From: Amoebophrya sp. A120
Taxonomy: Eukaryota; Protista; Dinoflagellata
DNA length: 64,000 bases
Direction of reading: 5' to 3'
Assembly: GCA_905178155.1 (NCBI GenBank)
Contig: CAJINV010000002.1
Location: forward strand, 4,465,538-4,529,537
In this document: piece after piece, positions 1-14,134 of the stretch
How positions within the stretch are numbered: position 1 is the first letter of the stretch
How the letters are laid out: each line of letters starts with the position of its first letter
Notes under the pieces: model-generated
Database searches by the model: none
What the model saw: only the letters and a program-made list of their open reading frames with translations
What the model was told of the DNA's origin: nothing
Position numbers and translations under genes: made by a program

Positions 1-1454
1 CTAGCGTGGGAAAGCCTTGCAGCTCCAGGATGACAGGAGGCAACTGAAAGTGGGAAACAGCATGACAGATTACCTGCAATTTAGGCCGCAGCTTCGTCTC
101 TTGGCCTTCTAGCAATACAAGTCGATTTGTGTACTCAAATACAGAGTGGAGCGGCGCCGAACGAGATGAAGGAGGAGCAGCAGGATCTGGAACCGGGGCG
201 ACGGAAAAGAGAAGAGGAGAAAATAAGAAGAAGAAACCCTAAAGGCCTGCGAAGGAGAAAAGCAAAGCCATCGCAGAGAGACGCAGGGCAGGATCAGACT
301 CAATAGGCTACTTTCTGAGGTCCGCAAGAAAGTGCTCTCTGATAAGGATTCTGCGCCGATTATGAGTGGGTAAGTTTTGCAAGGGCTGGACGGGAAAGTA
401 AGTGAGGTCAGAGTGCGCTGGGATGGCCTAAGTTGTCGATGCTTTACACATACTCATCTTCCCGCTTGACGTTCTATATGCTCCATGGATTTTCACAAAG
501 TGCCTATTTTTGCATGGGTCTCCACAAAAGTGGATGTGCTGGAAGAGCGAGCGCCTCTTCATAGACCCTAGCGCCGGCCTTTCGAGGTCCAGTAGATTTC
601 TCAGAGGAACATGCAGTGCACTGACTTTCCAACGATGAAGTTATCCCATCACACCCCCGGGAGTCATTAGATAGCTTGCGCCTTTGTTTTTTTTTTAAGA
701 CTAGGAAAAGACATGCAACTGGGGAAAGCACGCTATTGCGCATCTCGCACCCGTCAAGCCCAGAAGAACGAGCCAAGGACGCTCCCACCAATGCAGCAAC
801 GGCCGTCCCTGGGTGGTTGAGTGTCGTCCAGACCGACGGCGGTAGATTCTACTGGGGGCGGAGGCTAGATTTTCAATAGTGGAGGAAAGATGTCGAATTA
901 TGTATGGAGTGCTCTATTATCCTTTACCCAAATGCGAACCAAATAGGAGTAAGTCTCCTCCGTCAGCATGCGCATAGCATTTGGGTGCCCTACTGAGTGG
1001 AAGGCTCTGCTACTAAAATGCTAGTTTTTGTCATGAACCCACAGTCATGTGTCCCAGTCCCAGTTTATATGAGGGGGCACTTTGACTCTAGCAGTAGCAT
1101 TTCCAAGCGGCTGGATTTCTACAAGCACTGCCTTCGCTCACGTAGTGCTTGCGACATCTTTTAGGGGGGTGCCTACCCTTTTGCATGTTCGATTTTGATT
1201 CGTTATTTCTTTTTTTTGATGATGATGATGATAGATTCTTCTGGTTAGCCCGTCTAAAAAGGGCAATGATCCGCTCCTATCATCACTCGCTGTCTTGTTC
1301 GATACGTACTTGGCAGGTTTTCATCAAATGGAGATAAATCTAAGCGGATGAATTTGTTCTCAGCCCACTTCATCTATATGTATATGTCTGAAGTCGAACA
1401 AGTGTGGGCCAGGAACTACAGGATCTGTGTCTGTCTGTGAGAGAAAATATTAGA

Positions 1455-3408
1455 AACGACCCCGGGGAAGAGGATCGTGTGAAGATGATCCTATTTTTGT
1501 TTTTTTCCGACATTAACCCTGGGTTTGCTAATTTTTGCCTTTCATCAGGCAGCTCTACAGCACCTCCACTGGTGAAATTGCAGCTTTCGTAAGCCGTTTT
1601 CCGAACAAACAGGAGAGGAGCTGGCGTTGGCCTATCTTTATCATTGCCACCATTAGAAGTTGTTCAGTTATAGCAAGTAAGACTTACGTATTGAAGTTGT
1701 ATTCACATTATCATTCGATAATTTGTTCATCCCGGGGGCTTGATCTTGAGCGATTCTTTTCGGCACTGATTGTTCGAAGATTTTTCTTATAGTTGTTCCT
1801 AGATCAGGTTAATTTGCTTCCTCATCCACTTCCTGTCTTCTTTCTTATGTATCTGGATTTTCCACCTCGCTGGACGCTAACTTGACAACGGTCCGCAGCT
1901 GCTCCTGGGTACTACATTTCCAAGCTACGACGTCCAATCCATTCTATGATCGCCACTTCTTTCCGAGGCGCCTTCTATCGGCGTTTGTTTCAAGTAGAGC
2001 TGCTGCTTCTGCGGGACTAACGAGGATGAAAACGGCGACCACGGGCGGGGATATAAAACTATTGCCTGCAGAACGCGGCGGGTTTTTGGAGTTGCGTTCT
2101 TGCAATACAGAGACGATTTGTGGCCTCAATCAGCATCACAAATCTATTTGAGAAGTNATTGCCTGCAGAACGCGGCGGGTTTTTGGAGTTGCGTTCTTGC
2201 AATACAGAGACGATTTGTGGCCTCAATCAGCATCACAAATCTATTTGAGAAGTATCCCGCTTGGGTATGGGGAGGGGGGATTTTTCCTCACAATAAAAAC
2301 CGCACTGCACGCTGCTGAACACGAAATTCTACGTGCAGTACATGGAGAGAACGGGAAAATGGTCCAGCGCAAAGGCTTTCGAGGAGGAAAACGAAAACAG
2401 CACGAACAAGAATTAGTGTGAAGATGGAAGCAAAAAAAACTCAATGGCACGACAACATCATTCGATATTTTGTTCGATGGGCACATGGAAGGTCTTCAAA
2501 TGGAGATGATTGTTCTGAGCGGATGAAAATGTTGATCCGTCCGTGAGAGTAGAAAAAGTAACTGAAAGGCCGAGACCGAGCCTCCAGTCTGTTTCATTAT
2601 AAAAAAGTGCTTGGCTGGTGCACTAGGGCGTCGCTTGTCGAAGCCTCTTCCCTGGGAAGAGGACCGTGTGACGATCCTCAACCCGTCGCACTGATGTTTC
2701 CCAGATCGACCCGCCGACGTCCCAGGCGGGATAATTGATATTTTTTTTTCATCGATCAGCTTTATCAGGCACTTCTACAGCACCTCCAACGACACCGCAG
2801 CTTTTGTAAGTAACCCTTCCTCCGAAATAACAGCGCGAGCCAGGCCTTGGCCCATCAGTGCCACCAGTAGACATACTTACAAGTTGTTGCTATGAAAGGA
2901 AAAAGTAAAAGAAGTTGTATCCATTAAGGTTTGATTTCAATTTCGTCTCGGTCGGCCTATTGGACGATTGTTCTCGGCATTAATTGATGTTCGACGATTT
3001 CTATAGATCGTACAGCAGTATCAGGTTTATTTGCCTCATCATCTTGTCCTTTTTTTTTTACGATCGCGCTTGACAAGATGGGCGTCCGTCGCGGCGGGAT
3101 CTCCCAGGGTTTGGTTTGGGTTTCAGGGTTTAGGGATGCAATTTTACGTGGCTGGATTTTCAACTATTGCTGGACTCTAACTTGACAACGGTGCGCAGCT
3201 GCTCCTGGTAACTACGTTCTCAAGCGTCCAATCCGTTCTATGCTCGCCACTTACCGAGGCGCTTCCCGGCGTTTGTTTCAAGTCTCGAGGAAAGACTTAC
3301 CGAGGTGCTTCTCCTTACCGAGGAAAGACTTACCTATGGATCGCCACTTACCGAGGTGCTTCTCCTGCGGTGGCAACGAGGATGAAAACGTCGACCACGG
3401 GCGGGGAT
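1455..3408 (+). repeat. Diverged tandem duplication of upstream region plus gene start (~1455-2052 vs ~2648-3408)
   Basis: Shared blocks GGGAAGAGGA.CGTGTGA, TCTACAGCACCTCCA, CTAACTTGACAACGGT.CGCAGCTGCTCCTGG and AACGAGGATGAAAACG.CGACCACGGGCGGGGAT. Confidence 0.8.
2060..2295. mobile_element. Introner family E, left TIR truncated
   Basis: Right TIR GGGGAGGGGGATTTTTCCTCACAATA; left end only TATTG; DR AAAAC; contains an N at 2157. Confidence 0.6.
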
Positions 3409-6400
3409 CAAATGAACAACATGACCGCAGTGGTAGAACAAGTAGCAGTAGGATACAAGAAGAACGACGAGCGTAGACCACTGGGGATCATGATGGCCAC
3501 ACCCCCAAGATCTCCCTCGTCGTCGTTGCCACCAGCAGTAGAACGACATGAAGTGGTACAAGAGCCGAAAGACCTTTCACTACAACAACCAGAAGGCGAA
3601 GCAACTACCACTGAGTCCGGACCAGGAGCGAAAAAACAGGTTTTTTCGCCGCCGGCGAGAGGAGACCAGGACGGCGAGCCAGTGAAAGATAATGGTGCTG
3701 AAGATCATGGTCCTAGTCCTACTAAGCCAGCCGCTTCCGTCCTCGCCCCTGCTGCGCCGATAATTTCGCTGAAAGAGCAGCGGCAGCTCTTTTTGCAATC
3801 TTTGTTCGACGAAACAGAAACGGAGGAGTCGCGGAAGGAAAAGGAAATTTCTTATGCGAAATTCTCCAAAAAGCTATCCAATTGGGAGAAGAACTGGATC
3901 GGTGCTGCATCGTCGTGCTCCACGACCTGCTCAGGGGAAAACGGAAATGGCACGCACGACAAAAACGAAGACGAAGCTCAGAGCGACCGGGGGAACGGAA
4001 ATAAGAGCAACGACGTCTCTGCTGAATTATCGCAAGTGCAACACATCGGGCTACAGCCGCGCATAACGACGAGCCTAGGTCCCGTCTTGGAAATCGTCTG
4101 GCGTGACGGTGACTACAGTGCTGACAAGTATGTTGAACAGACGAGAAGTTGTAGACCGCAGAGCCAGGGCAATATTGGCGAGAAAGAAGTAGCGAATCCA
4201 GTATTACAACTTCCACCTGCAACACTTGCGGCAGCGGCGCCGGCACTGGGAGCTGTCGGGAGCAACGGATTTCGATTTGGCGGACTTGCTAGAGTGCGAG
4301 CAGATGTTGAGTCGTCTTCTCACCAGCAGTCTTGCCCCGGCCAAGATGATCAACAAGACCAGGAGGACCAACTGCTTCCCCTAGGACAACCGGGGCCGGC
4401 ACTTGGTCCAGATGAAGTGCAGCTCCAAACAAGTGGCACCACGTCTACCACCTGCAGCTCCACCCTATTCACGCCCACAGACCAAGTGGCTTTCCACGCG
4501 ATGACGGAAAAAGCACAGATGCTGCAAAAACTCGTTTCGGAAAAACTGGATCAACTTCGAGCTTCATCCGGTACCCCTGTTGATAAGACCGCAGCTCGTC
4601 CTGGTCCTGTAGACAAAATTGCCAATGGCACTAAAGGGAAAGGAAAACTACAGGGGAAGCAAGCGGCGGCCAGTGCAGCAGCTCCAGTTTGCCCCTCCAC
4701 CAGCTCCGTGAGAACCTCGGAACAGCGGCAATTTGTGCTGCAGTTTTTAACTTACGATCGGTCGGAATTGCTGCACATAGCGGCGATGATGCGGAAAACA
4801 AGGCAGCACGAGAAAGAGGATTATGAGGGGGATAATCTTGTTAATCCCAGCTGCAAGAACACAGGTTCGTCTGTTTCCGCTTTAGCTTTATCTCGTAGGA
4901 TATCCCACGAAAAAACTGTTTCACTGTAAGGATTTTGCAGGTTTTGCATCACAAGTTCGTTCTACATGACAGGGAAAATTTGCCATGCAAGCTTCCTAAG
5001 GGAAAACACAGCTAAAAATCCAATGTCGTGCATGTGTAGCAAGACAAACACATTTGCGTTGCGTGCTATGCATCACAAGTTTACAGTGAAACAGTTTTTT
5101 CCTGTGATATAGGAGGTTTCTGCAACACAAATTTATCACCCACGACCCAGAGGAGTGGAAGAAGTACCGAGTTGCGAACGCGAGGAACGAGGAGCTGCGG
5201 ACCACGTATCAAATGTAAAAATGTCTGGGTCTGGAAGAATGCAACTTGTGATGCTGAATTTGGATTCCAAAAAAATCTGTATTGCATGAGCAGCAAAGGG
5301 AATGCAATTTTTGCTACGCGGAGAGGGAATTTGTCATGCGGAATAGGCATCGCGAAGCCCTCAAAAAATCTGTGGTGCTAGGGATGCATCACAGACATCA
5401 TGGCCCGCGCAAAACATGCATGACAAGTCTCAGAATCTTCCAGACCCAGACATTTTTACACTTGATACCACGATGATGAAGACAACTACAACAGGCAGCT
5501 ACGACTATGAGGGAAATACAATCTGTGCTGCTGATGAACAGGCTGCACGAGTCATGTCCTCACGACTAGGCGTTGTAGAAAGCACCGGCACCACGGGTGG
5601 GACTACCTCAACGTCAACTCAGCAAAAGAACATCAACTTGGCGCTGGAGGAACACGCTGATGGTAGTGACAACAAGAACGGCGCACTAAGTTTAAGTTAC
5701 ACTGCCACTTCCAGCTCGAGCGTTCCCGGCCCACCGGGACATCAAGAGAAGAATTACGTGGTCGAAACAACAAATGTCATCGTCTTTCCCTTCCCCATAG
5801 TGCAAGCGAGCGAGAAGCTGCAGGGCAGAATGCTCGACGAAGCGGTGGTCAATGCCTCGCTGGGAAAGACCAAAAACGACAAGAACACGACCAAAGTGTC
5901 GACTGGAATTGCGAATAAGGATAAATCAAAAACAATAAACCAAAATAAGCACAAAAAGGGTGGCAAGAATCTACTTTATTCGAAGAATGGCACGACGAAT
6001 GCAAGAGCCTCAGGAGCAAGAGCATCAGCCACGCTATCATCCACCAACCAGCACGACCGTACCCGTCACTACAACAACCAGTCCCTTCTTCTCCTGCCGA
6101 ACAACTGGACCGAAGCCTCCGACGAGGCGAAGCAAAAAGCCCTGGCAGTCGCGCTCCTCTCCGAGAACTTCGTCCTCATTGACATCATGCAGCCACTGTC
6201 GGAGTATTTTCGGGCACAAATAAACGCCGTGGAGGATTTTTCCGCGGTTTTGGAGCAAGTTTTCCTCTGCTTCCTCGACGAGGCGCTGAGTGTTGAGATT
6301 TTCGAGGCCAGGTTCGAATGGGCGTGGATCGCGCGGACACGGCGGGAGGAGAAGTTACGGGCAGAAAGCGAGAAGAAACTGCAGGAAAGGAGAGATTTTG

Positions 6401-9400
6401 AAGCCGCACTGAAGCTTTATGCGCAAGAACAATTTGACGAAATTATAAACGAGGAGCATATAATGAATCCTCATCAACTTACACCTTCCGATGGTGTCGC
6501 CTTTGTTCTTCCCCAGGTGGACGACCAAGGACGCAACTACACTGGCGCGGCAGAGGAGCAAGTTCTTTTCGAAGATGATGCGAACTTATTTCCAGCGCGT
6601 CGGGTCGTGGATAACGATAACGTTTCTGCCTACACGACGTCCTTCAACCACAATTTATTTGGCGAAGAACAAGATGTGGAAAACGACGACGATTCTTCTA
6701 CCTGGCAAACCGTGGTCACGACCACTACAAAATCGCAGCAAAAATCCTTGCAGAAACAAGAGGAGTATGCCAAATTCAAGCACGAGAGACTCGGCAGGGC
6801 GGTCCTGTTTTGTTTGGAAAAGAACCCGGGCGTATGCTGTGCAAAAGTATCGTACTCGTATAAATGCAGGTCTTGCATTACAAATTTCTTTGTCAAGGCA
6901 AATCAGCATTACAAAGTTTATTTCTCATGCTGAGAAAATTTGTAATGCATTTATACGAGTACGATACTTTTGCACAGGATAGGGCTACGCATTTGACAAT
7001 TTGCTGTCGAAGTACTTCGAGAAGGACTTCCCGGCAATTTTTGACCTCCTCAACGCACTCGCCACGGTGCAACACTTTGACATCGGGATGGTGAAACTAT
7101 TGAAAGCGGTCTGCGAGCTGGAAGGGCCGGAGGAATGGGTGTTAGACGAGAGCTGTGCACAACAGGACGTTGTGACTGGTGCAACACCAACAGTAACAGA
7201 TAACATGACACTTCACAATGGTCGTACAATGTTACCGTCGGCCGGTGCTCACTCTCACACCGATGTGTTGAGCGGAGCCGGCTTTCCGATTGCATCACCT
7301 CCAATGCACGAAGTAGAACTCCGCCGGAACAGCGGCACTACTAACAAGAGCGCCGCCAGCAAAAGATCTCTAGCGGGATCCTCGGCCGCGGCTGTTACTC
7401 GCAGCTCTATTCCAGAAGAGAAAGCGTTGCTGTTTGATGGTGGTGAGAGTGATGAAGGAAGAATTTTCAAGAAGGAGGACTTTGAAACAACAGTTGCAGC
7501 CAGTGCCAGCAGTTGCGTTAATAACATGCAAGACGCTTGGGCCATCAGGAGTACAGCAAGATCCGTATTCGGCGGCGCAGTCTGTAATGTAGGTACACAC
7601 GATGTCACACATAGAGTGGACGAAGGCGCGACAACTACTGCAGCACTAGCGGAGGAAGAGCAAGATCTTTTTGGGCAAGAGGATTTTTCCTACCCGCACC
7701 CCACAACACCCGGAGGTGCGGGCGGTGATCCTGGTGCGTTGCTTGCTAGGTCCTACAGTCGCGACACGGCAGTGGCCTATGGTGCCCCAGGTTCGGGCGG
7801 AGATAATGCCTTATTATCACAGGAAAAAGCGTTAACGTCAACGGAGTTTGTGATGCAGTAACGCATCACAAAACGTGCCCAGGTTTGTCATGCCTAGCAT
7901 GCATGCTAGGCAAAATTTGTCATGCATATTTGCGATCTATGAAAACCTCCGTCAACGTTAGCCCTTTTTTGTTTGATATGCCTCGTCAAATAGCCAAGGT
8001 AGATCCAGTTTGTCAACGCCCGTTTTTTCCCAACGGAATTCGGCAAGAACTAGTGGGGGATTGATCATGAATGCCGTGAATTACAACACCAAGGCCGCCG
8101 CAACTCCTGGAGCAGAAGCAAATACTGCGATCATGTTGTCACGACCTGATGCTGATATGCCTGCAAGCACGCAAGTCCAAGTGCAAGAACGGCAAGATGA
8201 ACATCAAACAGAAGCTGAACAAGCACAGGAAGACGAAGATCTTCACGATCACGACGACGACGAGTGTGAGGAAGAAGATGAGGTCAATTCCACGTCCTCG
8301 CCCGCGTTTTCCATTGCAGTGCCCGTCCCACGACAATCGCGGAAACCGGATCTGAGTCCTGCAACCGCCTTCGTTTTGCAGAGCAACCCGTTCGCCAATT
8401 TAGCGGACGACGACCACACCTATGTGGGAGATGAGGAGGGCGAAGATGAAGATGATGAACCTGACATGCGCGGGGGCGGCGGCCCCGATCGCCCTGAAGA
8501 GGGCACAATGACCAGCGACGATGAAGAAGGGCACACCAACGACAGAAGCGCCGAAAACCAGTCGCATCTGCTTCTCCATTGGCTTCGGCAGCAGGACAGT
8601 ACTTCTGCGAATGGGAGAAATCCTGGAAAAAAGAAAAAATCCAGGACGATCACGGCGGAGACCCTTCTTCACAACTACTGCAAACGAGATGCTGGTGGTG
8701 GTGCCAAGGCCAAGCATCTTTCCAGCAAAGCGAGGAATAAGAGGAAAAACGCGTACCCGCACGGCCTTGCTTCTGATGATTTCTTGGTGGACAAAATGAT
8801 CTCCATGTCGGGAGCTGCAGGGATGAAAAGTGCCACGACATTTTTGCGGCGAGCAGCGGCGGAGGAGGATGAGGAGGAGGAAGAACTTATAACCAACTTG
8901 ATCAACGCACACTTCGCCGCGAAGAGACAGAGGGACCTGATAAAATGCTTGCTGAAGTGTTTGCAGAGGTTCTTCGTAGCTCACGAGGACCCGAGCAGAA
9001 TTAATACTGAAGATCGGCCCGTGGACGTGGTTGTTGACCACACCAACTTCACCAGCATCGTAGGCACGACCGTCGCTTCTACTATTCCCTTCGACGATAG
9101 TACCTTTGTTCTAGAAATCGTGATATCAACTGCAAAAATGTCTGGGTCTGGAAAAATGTAAACTTGTCATGCAGATTTTCCATGACCCATGAAGTCTGGA
9201 ATGCGGGACTTAGCACGACAGACTCCACGAGGTCTCTGCCATGCCTATCCTGCATGAGAAGCTCCATCCTAACTTGGGTTGGTCAAAAGTGCTGGACAGC
9301 TTTTGGTAATCCTAATCATGCATCACAGGTTTTTACATGATTCAGATTTACCATGACAAGTTGCCACGTTCCAGACCCAGACACTTTTGCATTTGATACG

Positions 9401-12326
9401 TGAACGCCTTGCATCCGGTCTTAGCGTACCAAGAAAAGGCGCTCGAATATTGAGAGGAAAGATCCCCCCTCCCCATATCGAAAAGGTATCTTTCCGAAAA
9501 TTTGCGTTGCTGATTTGAGGTCACAAATCACATTTGTCTTGCAAGAAGACAAGGGCAGAAGCTTCCGCCTTATTATGGAAGCGATTTGTCATGCTGTTGG
9601 GCCTAAAGGTCAGCCGTTTGCAATGCTGAACAACTAGACCCGTACGCCCCTAGCTAGCCTGGGGATCTGGGCGCAATGCCTTCCTGCAATACAAATCTGA
9701 TTTGTGTACGCAAATCCAGCATCACAGGTCTCCTTTTTGATATGGGGAGGGGGGATTTTTCCTTTTCATATCGACCCGCTACCCGAAGCGGCACTAGTTT
9801 ACCTCTCTACAACAACTCCAGGTGCGGGAGCCGGTGGTGGAGTTGTTGAGAGTGTTGAGGGCGGGCCAGGAGGAGTTTTCTCTGCTGCAGAAATGTTGCA
9901 GAAGAGACGGTCCAGTGTGTTGCACTGGCAGCCGCGGGGAGTTGGAACAGCTGCACAAAGTAGTGGCGATAGAATTACATCTTCCACCAACTACAACATG
10001 ACTGCAGCAGGTGCGCTATTGTCTTCAACGACGACCACGACATCTAGTTACGCAAGGAAAAGAAGTTTTTCGAAGCCCTTACAACCTCTTGGGCACGACG
10101 TAGCGAACTTCCTGTCTGCGTTGATGCAGTATTGCGTTTACACTGAGCAAACATCTTCATTGGTGAAAATTATCGAGTCGCTGCAGTCCATCATCCTATC
10201 CGGCGGTGTGGTCCATTCAGGAACGTCGCCGAAAAACAACAAAAAGAAAAAGAGAACTGCAGAAGATTTCCTCCGGGATATTACAGTGAAAAATGCCCCC
10301 ACGACCTCCAAAGTTGCAAAAATTTGTGATGCAAAGTTTACAAATGAAAACTTTTTGTCATACATGAAAGGAGTATACGATCTTTCTGATGCAGAGTCTA
10401 GGTGTAAATAGCATCGCTCGCATGACACGCGATGCTTTTGCTGGGATCTTTTGCAATACAAATTTTTGCTATTCACGATTGGAGACCCGTGACGTTGGTA
10501 GATGCAGGAGGGCGAGCGTTTCACTTGGAAAGGTTTGCAATACGAATGCTCCCAAGTTGAAGTTCGAGGGTGGGGGCATTTTTCGGTGTAATACGGGAGC
10601 AAGGCATCATCACGGAAGAAGCAGCAGCAGGTTCAGCCGCAGCTGGAAATAAAACAAAAACAGCTTCTACTTCTGCAAGTAGAAACAGCAACAACACCAA
10701 CAGCAAAACCAACCGCGCCACCATGCAGTTTGCCTGCCAAGCCTTGGCGCAATTTCTCGAACATTTCCCGGTATGTCTCAGGCCCTCCCGCTTCCCCATC
10801 TTTCTGGGCACGACGACAATGGTGCCCAGAATTGTATTAAACGAAGAGGGGGCTTGTACTGACAGGCCCTCCTGCGGCGCGACGCTCTCTACTTCCGCGG
10901 CAAAAGTAGAACAAACGATTTTCAAACTGACCCGAGCCCCGGACATCCTCCTCGCTGCGGTAAAAAAAGGCGCCGTCGATAGGGGAGCGAGGAACAGCAC
11001 TGCTTTTCTCGATTTTATTTCCGGTGTCTCGGCTGTGGATTTTCAATTCAGCGCGAAGGTGCTGGAGGAGGAGGTTGCAGTACAACGGGCAGCTGCTAGT
11101 AACTCTGACTCGAACATCAGCACCAGAAGTCCGCGAGGAGCAGTTCCTCCGCCTCCGGAATTACTATTCGCAAGGGCTCGTAATTATATTGGTACAACGG
11201 CGCAAAGTGATCACCTGCATGAACATCGGCAGCTTCACGACAGCTCCATCACCTCCCCGCATGATGTACTAGTTGATCAATCAACCCGGTACCGGCAACT
11301 TGACGCCGTCCGGAACAACCTGCTGAATTGGATTATCTCCGACTTACTCCTCACCGAGCGCCGGTGCACGGCCGCGGCCATGCTTCTGTCTAAATTCGAC
11401 AGCGTTTTCCCTGCGGACAACCTGCGGAAGCTACACAGGTTAACCGCGGATCGAAATTTCTACGAAATCAGCGACGTGGTAAAGAAACAGGCTTTTCTTT
11501 TCGAGGAGCAGAAGAAATACAAATCGGCAATGAAAAGCATACAACTCCTTCAACATCATCCGAGTTTGAATTTTCCGGTCAATGGCCTGGCTATGGCCAA
11601 TAATGAAGTCATAGTCAACCATTTTGGTGGTACCGGTACTAGTAGTTATGCTTGCGTAGAACAGCATCAACAGCAGCAAACGATGTTGAACCGAGTTCAA
11701 GTCGACGTCATATCCTGTGCAAAAGTATCGCATTGATTCGTATAAATGCAAGCCTTGCATTACAAATCTTTTCCTTAAGGCAAATCCGCACTACAAATTT
11801 TATTTTTCATGCTGAAGAAATTTGCAATGCATTTAGACGAATACGATACTTGTTTTGCAATGCATACGTCAGCTGGATGGACCATTTCTACATGGGAGAT
11901 CCAGCCGTGATTCGGGAAATTCAGGCGCAAGTCGAGGAAAACGCACAGAATAGAAGGATCGACATATCGTATGTAAAAACGTCGTCCCCACAACGTACTA
12001 GTTGTAAGGCAAATCTGAATGCTGAATATGTTTCTCATGCGGAGCCCCATGAGATCCGTTTTCCTGTCGTGTTTTGGAATTTGTCATGCTCCAAGCAGCA
12101 TGATGGACTAGATCTGTGATGCTACTGAGCTAGTACTAGCTCAAACAGCCCTACACTACGAGTCCAAATTTGTCATGCAAAACAGCCAAAGTTCGTGGAT
12201 TTGTGTTTGTCTAGCCGATTCCCCATCTTGACTATGGGGTCGTGGCGACGCTGTTTTTACATAGGATACGACAACAGAAATGCGAATATGGGGCGTGGAG
12301 GAGGGGGGTTTCTGAGATTGCCGTGA
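3382..12326 (+). CDS. Large hypothetical low-complexity protein (~2246 aa), 10 exons separated by 9 introners
   Basis: ORFs 3370, 5416, 7001, 8010, 9704, 10570 and 11652 join in frame when each element plus one 5-bp DR is removed. 8945 bp span minus 2204 bp of introns = 6741 bp (2247 codons), ending TGA at 12324-12326. No recognisable domain. Confidence 0.75.
4901..5109. mobile_element. Introner family H
   Basis: TIR TATC.CA.GAAAAAACTGTTTCACTGTAA; DR TAGGA; frame restored. Confidence 0.92.
5207..5467. mobile_element. Introner family B
   Basis: TIR TATCAA.TGTAAAAATGTCTGGGTCTGGAAGA; DR CCACG. Confidence 0.93.
6833..6981. mobile_element. Introner family A
   Basis: TIR TAT....TGCAAAAGTATCGTACTCGTATAAATGCA; DR GGGCG/GGGCT. 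Confidence 0.9.
7812..7978. mobile_element. Introner family C
   Basis: TIR TATCACAGGAAAAAG..TTAACG (extra TAT at left end); DR TGCCT. Confidence 0.85.
9124..9398. mobile_element. Introner family B
   Basis: Family B TIR; DR CGTGA. Confidence 0.92.
9448..9770. mobile_element. Introner family E
   Basis: TIR core AGGAAA.ATCCCCCCTCCCCATATC; DR TCGAA/TCGAC. Confidence 0.9.
10279..10593. mobile_element. Introner, family E-related
   Basis: TIR TATTACA..GAAAAATGCCCCCAC; DR CGGGA. Confidence 0.9.
11711..11866. mobile_element. Introner family A
   Basis: Family A TIR; DR CGTCA. Confidence 0.9.
11965..12268. mobile_element. Introner family G
   Basis: TIR TATC.TATGTAAAAAC; DR CGACA. Confidence 0.88.
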
Positions 12327-13010
12327 AGTCTATCACTAGACCAAAGTATGATAGATTGATAGTGTGGCTCTAATATCGGCTTGGGCTTTCTACTTCTGTT
12401 GGGTATGGGTTTGATTATTCTTATTGTTTATTTTAAATGTACGACTACGACCTTTTTGGGATAGAAGATACTTACGTTGAAGAGCTTTTTTTGGGGAAGA
12501 AGTCATTTTAAGTACATGTATGATGCAAGCGGGGCTGCACGATAGTAAGTGCACGCATAATATCATGAGAAGAAGTGGGGACGATGTGGAACTACAGGAG
12601 CGGGCGCATATTGTCAAAAATGTCAGCGACGCAAGAACAAAGAAAATGTCAGCGACGAGTACTAAAAAAATCGAAATCCACTACACGGCAGCTTTGAATT
12701 ACTATAGTTCAGCACCAGTCGCATGATCTGTCGGGGAGTTTTCAATTTTGTTGTTGGCGGCCACAACGTGTCATGATCCTGTTGTCGAATTGTTGCAAGC
12801 AACCTTTATGAAGAGGGTCTTTACCTCCTCCTATATAATTGTGGACACGCACCATCGTCTTAAGCTCTCGTTATTAGTCCTCTCACTGTTGCTGTGCTGG
12901 TTTTAGTTATTGTCCCCCTTGATCTTTCATCTTGAACTTATTCTAAATTTCTTCGAGTGCTGCCGTGTCTAGTACAGCGCAGAGACAATACTTATTGTCA
13001 CGAACAACTG

Positions 13011-13159
13011 TATCCTGTGCAAAAGTATCGTACTCGTATAAATGCAGGTCTTGCATTACAAATTTCTTTGTCAATGCAAATCAGCATTACAAATTTTATT
13101 TCTCATGCTGGGAAAGTTTGTAATGCATTTATACGAGTACGATACTTTTGCAGTTCATA
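13011..13159. mobile_element. Introner family A (host gene unclear)
   Basis: Family A TIR; DR AACTG. Confidence 0.9.
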
Positions 13160-14134
13160 AACTGTCGTGCACGAAGTACTACATCTACAGCTTGACTTTG
13201 AGTTTGACAACTCGTTCTTCATAAAGTTGATGAATTTTGATTTTCCTCGTCCATCAAACGTACGGCCCATGGAGGCCATGTTTTGGTGTAGCTCTTCTTG
13301 CGCATTTGTTGTTTCGTCCAAACCAAAAACGTCCAAACGTGTTGTTCGTACGTCCACCGTGGTTAAGTACTGTCTTTGAGACAACTGAGGCAAGATGTTG
13401 CTCCACCTCGCAGTTGTACTTGACTGCAGCTCTTCATCTGCAGCCACCCACAGTTGTCGGTATTCTAGGATAGCAAAATTGTTTCGCTGCGTTTGCTTTT
13501 GGAAATTATACTTCGATTTTGACGAAGTCGAAGACAATAACAGGACCAGCAGAAGGAGCGAGACAGAAAGAGCCCCGGTTTATGCCCCTTTCCACAATTC
13601 CAATTGTCAGAGTTGACTTAGAGGACGTAGCTCAAGAAGTCGCAACTTTTTTCATCTTCGGATAATACCCTTATCGACCTATACGCGCCGCAAATAAGAC
13701 CCCCAGAAGATAGGCACCTACGATTTATCGATACCCTCTCAACAACAACCCCTGGAGCAGCTACCTATCAGAAATAAACATTCGCCGAAAGAAGATAAAC
13801 CCCCCCTCCGCGCTGGTGCCAACATTTTCACCTGCTAGAAGCCCGGAGACTTCTGGAGAGCTGCCAAACGAACGCTATCGGCGAAGAAAAGGAGCTGGAG
13901 CTGCCAGAGAGGCCGCCGTACCGAGCGCAATTGTCACGACCACCCGTCGGTGACGATAGATCACGCGGTTCTTTCCACCTCGTCCAAATAAACCCGGAAA
14001 CACATCATACGGGAAGATCCAGCACATCATCTTCACTCCACCTGCAGTGAAATCAAATCGCCTTGCTGGCGACACATCACCATTAGACTGCAGATCCTCA
14101 TCTCGTACGACAAGACCAGACCCGAAATAAAACC

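Noticed and set aside
1-370. Possible right end of an introner (to ~141) followed by the last exon of an upstream gene
   Set aside because: The left end lies outside the window, so neither DR nor frame can be verified.
2060-2255. ~97-bp tandem duplication
   Set aside because: The two copies flank an N at 2157, so this is probably a contig-join artefact.
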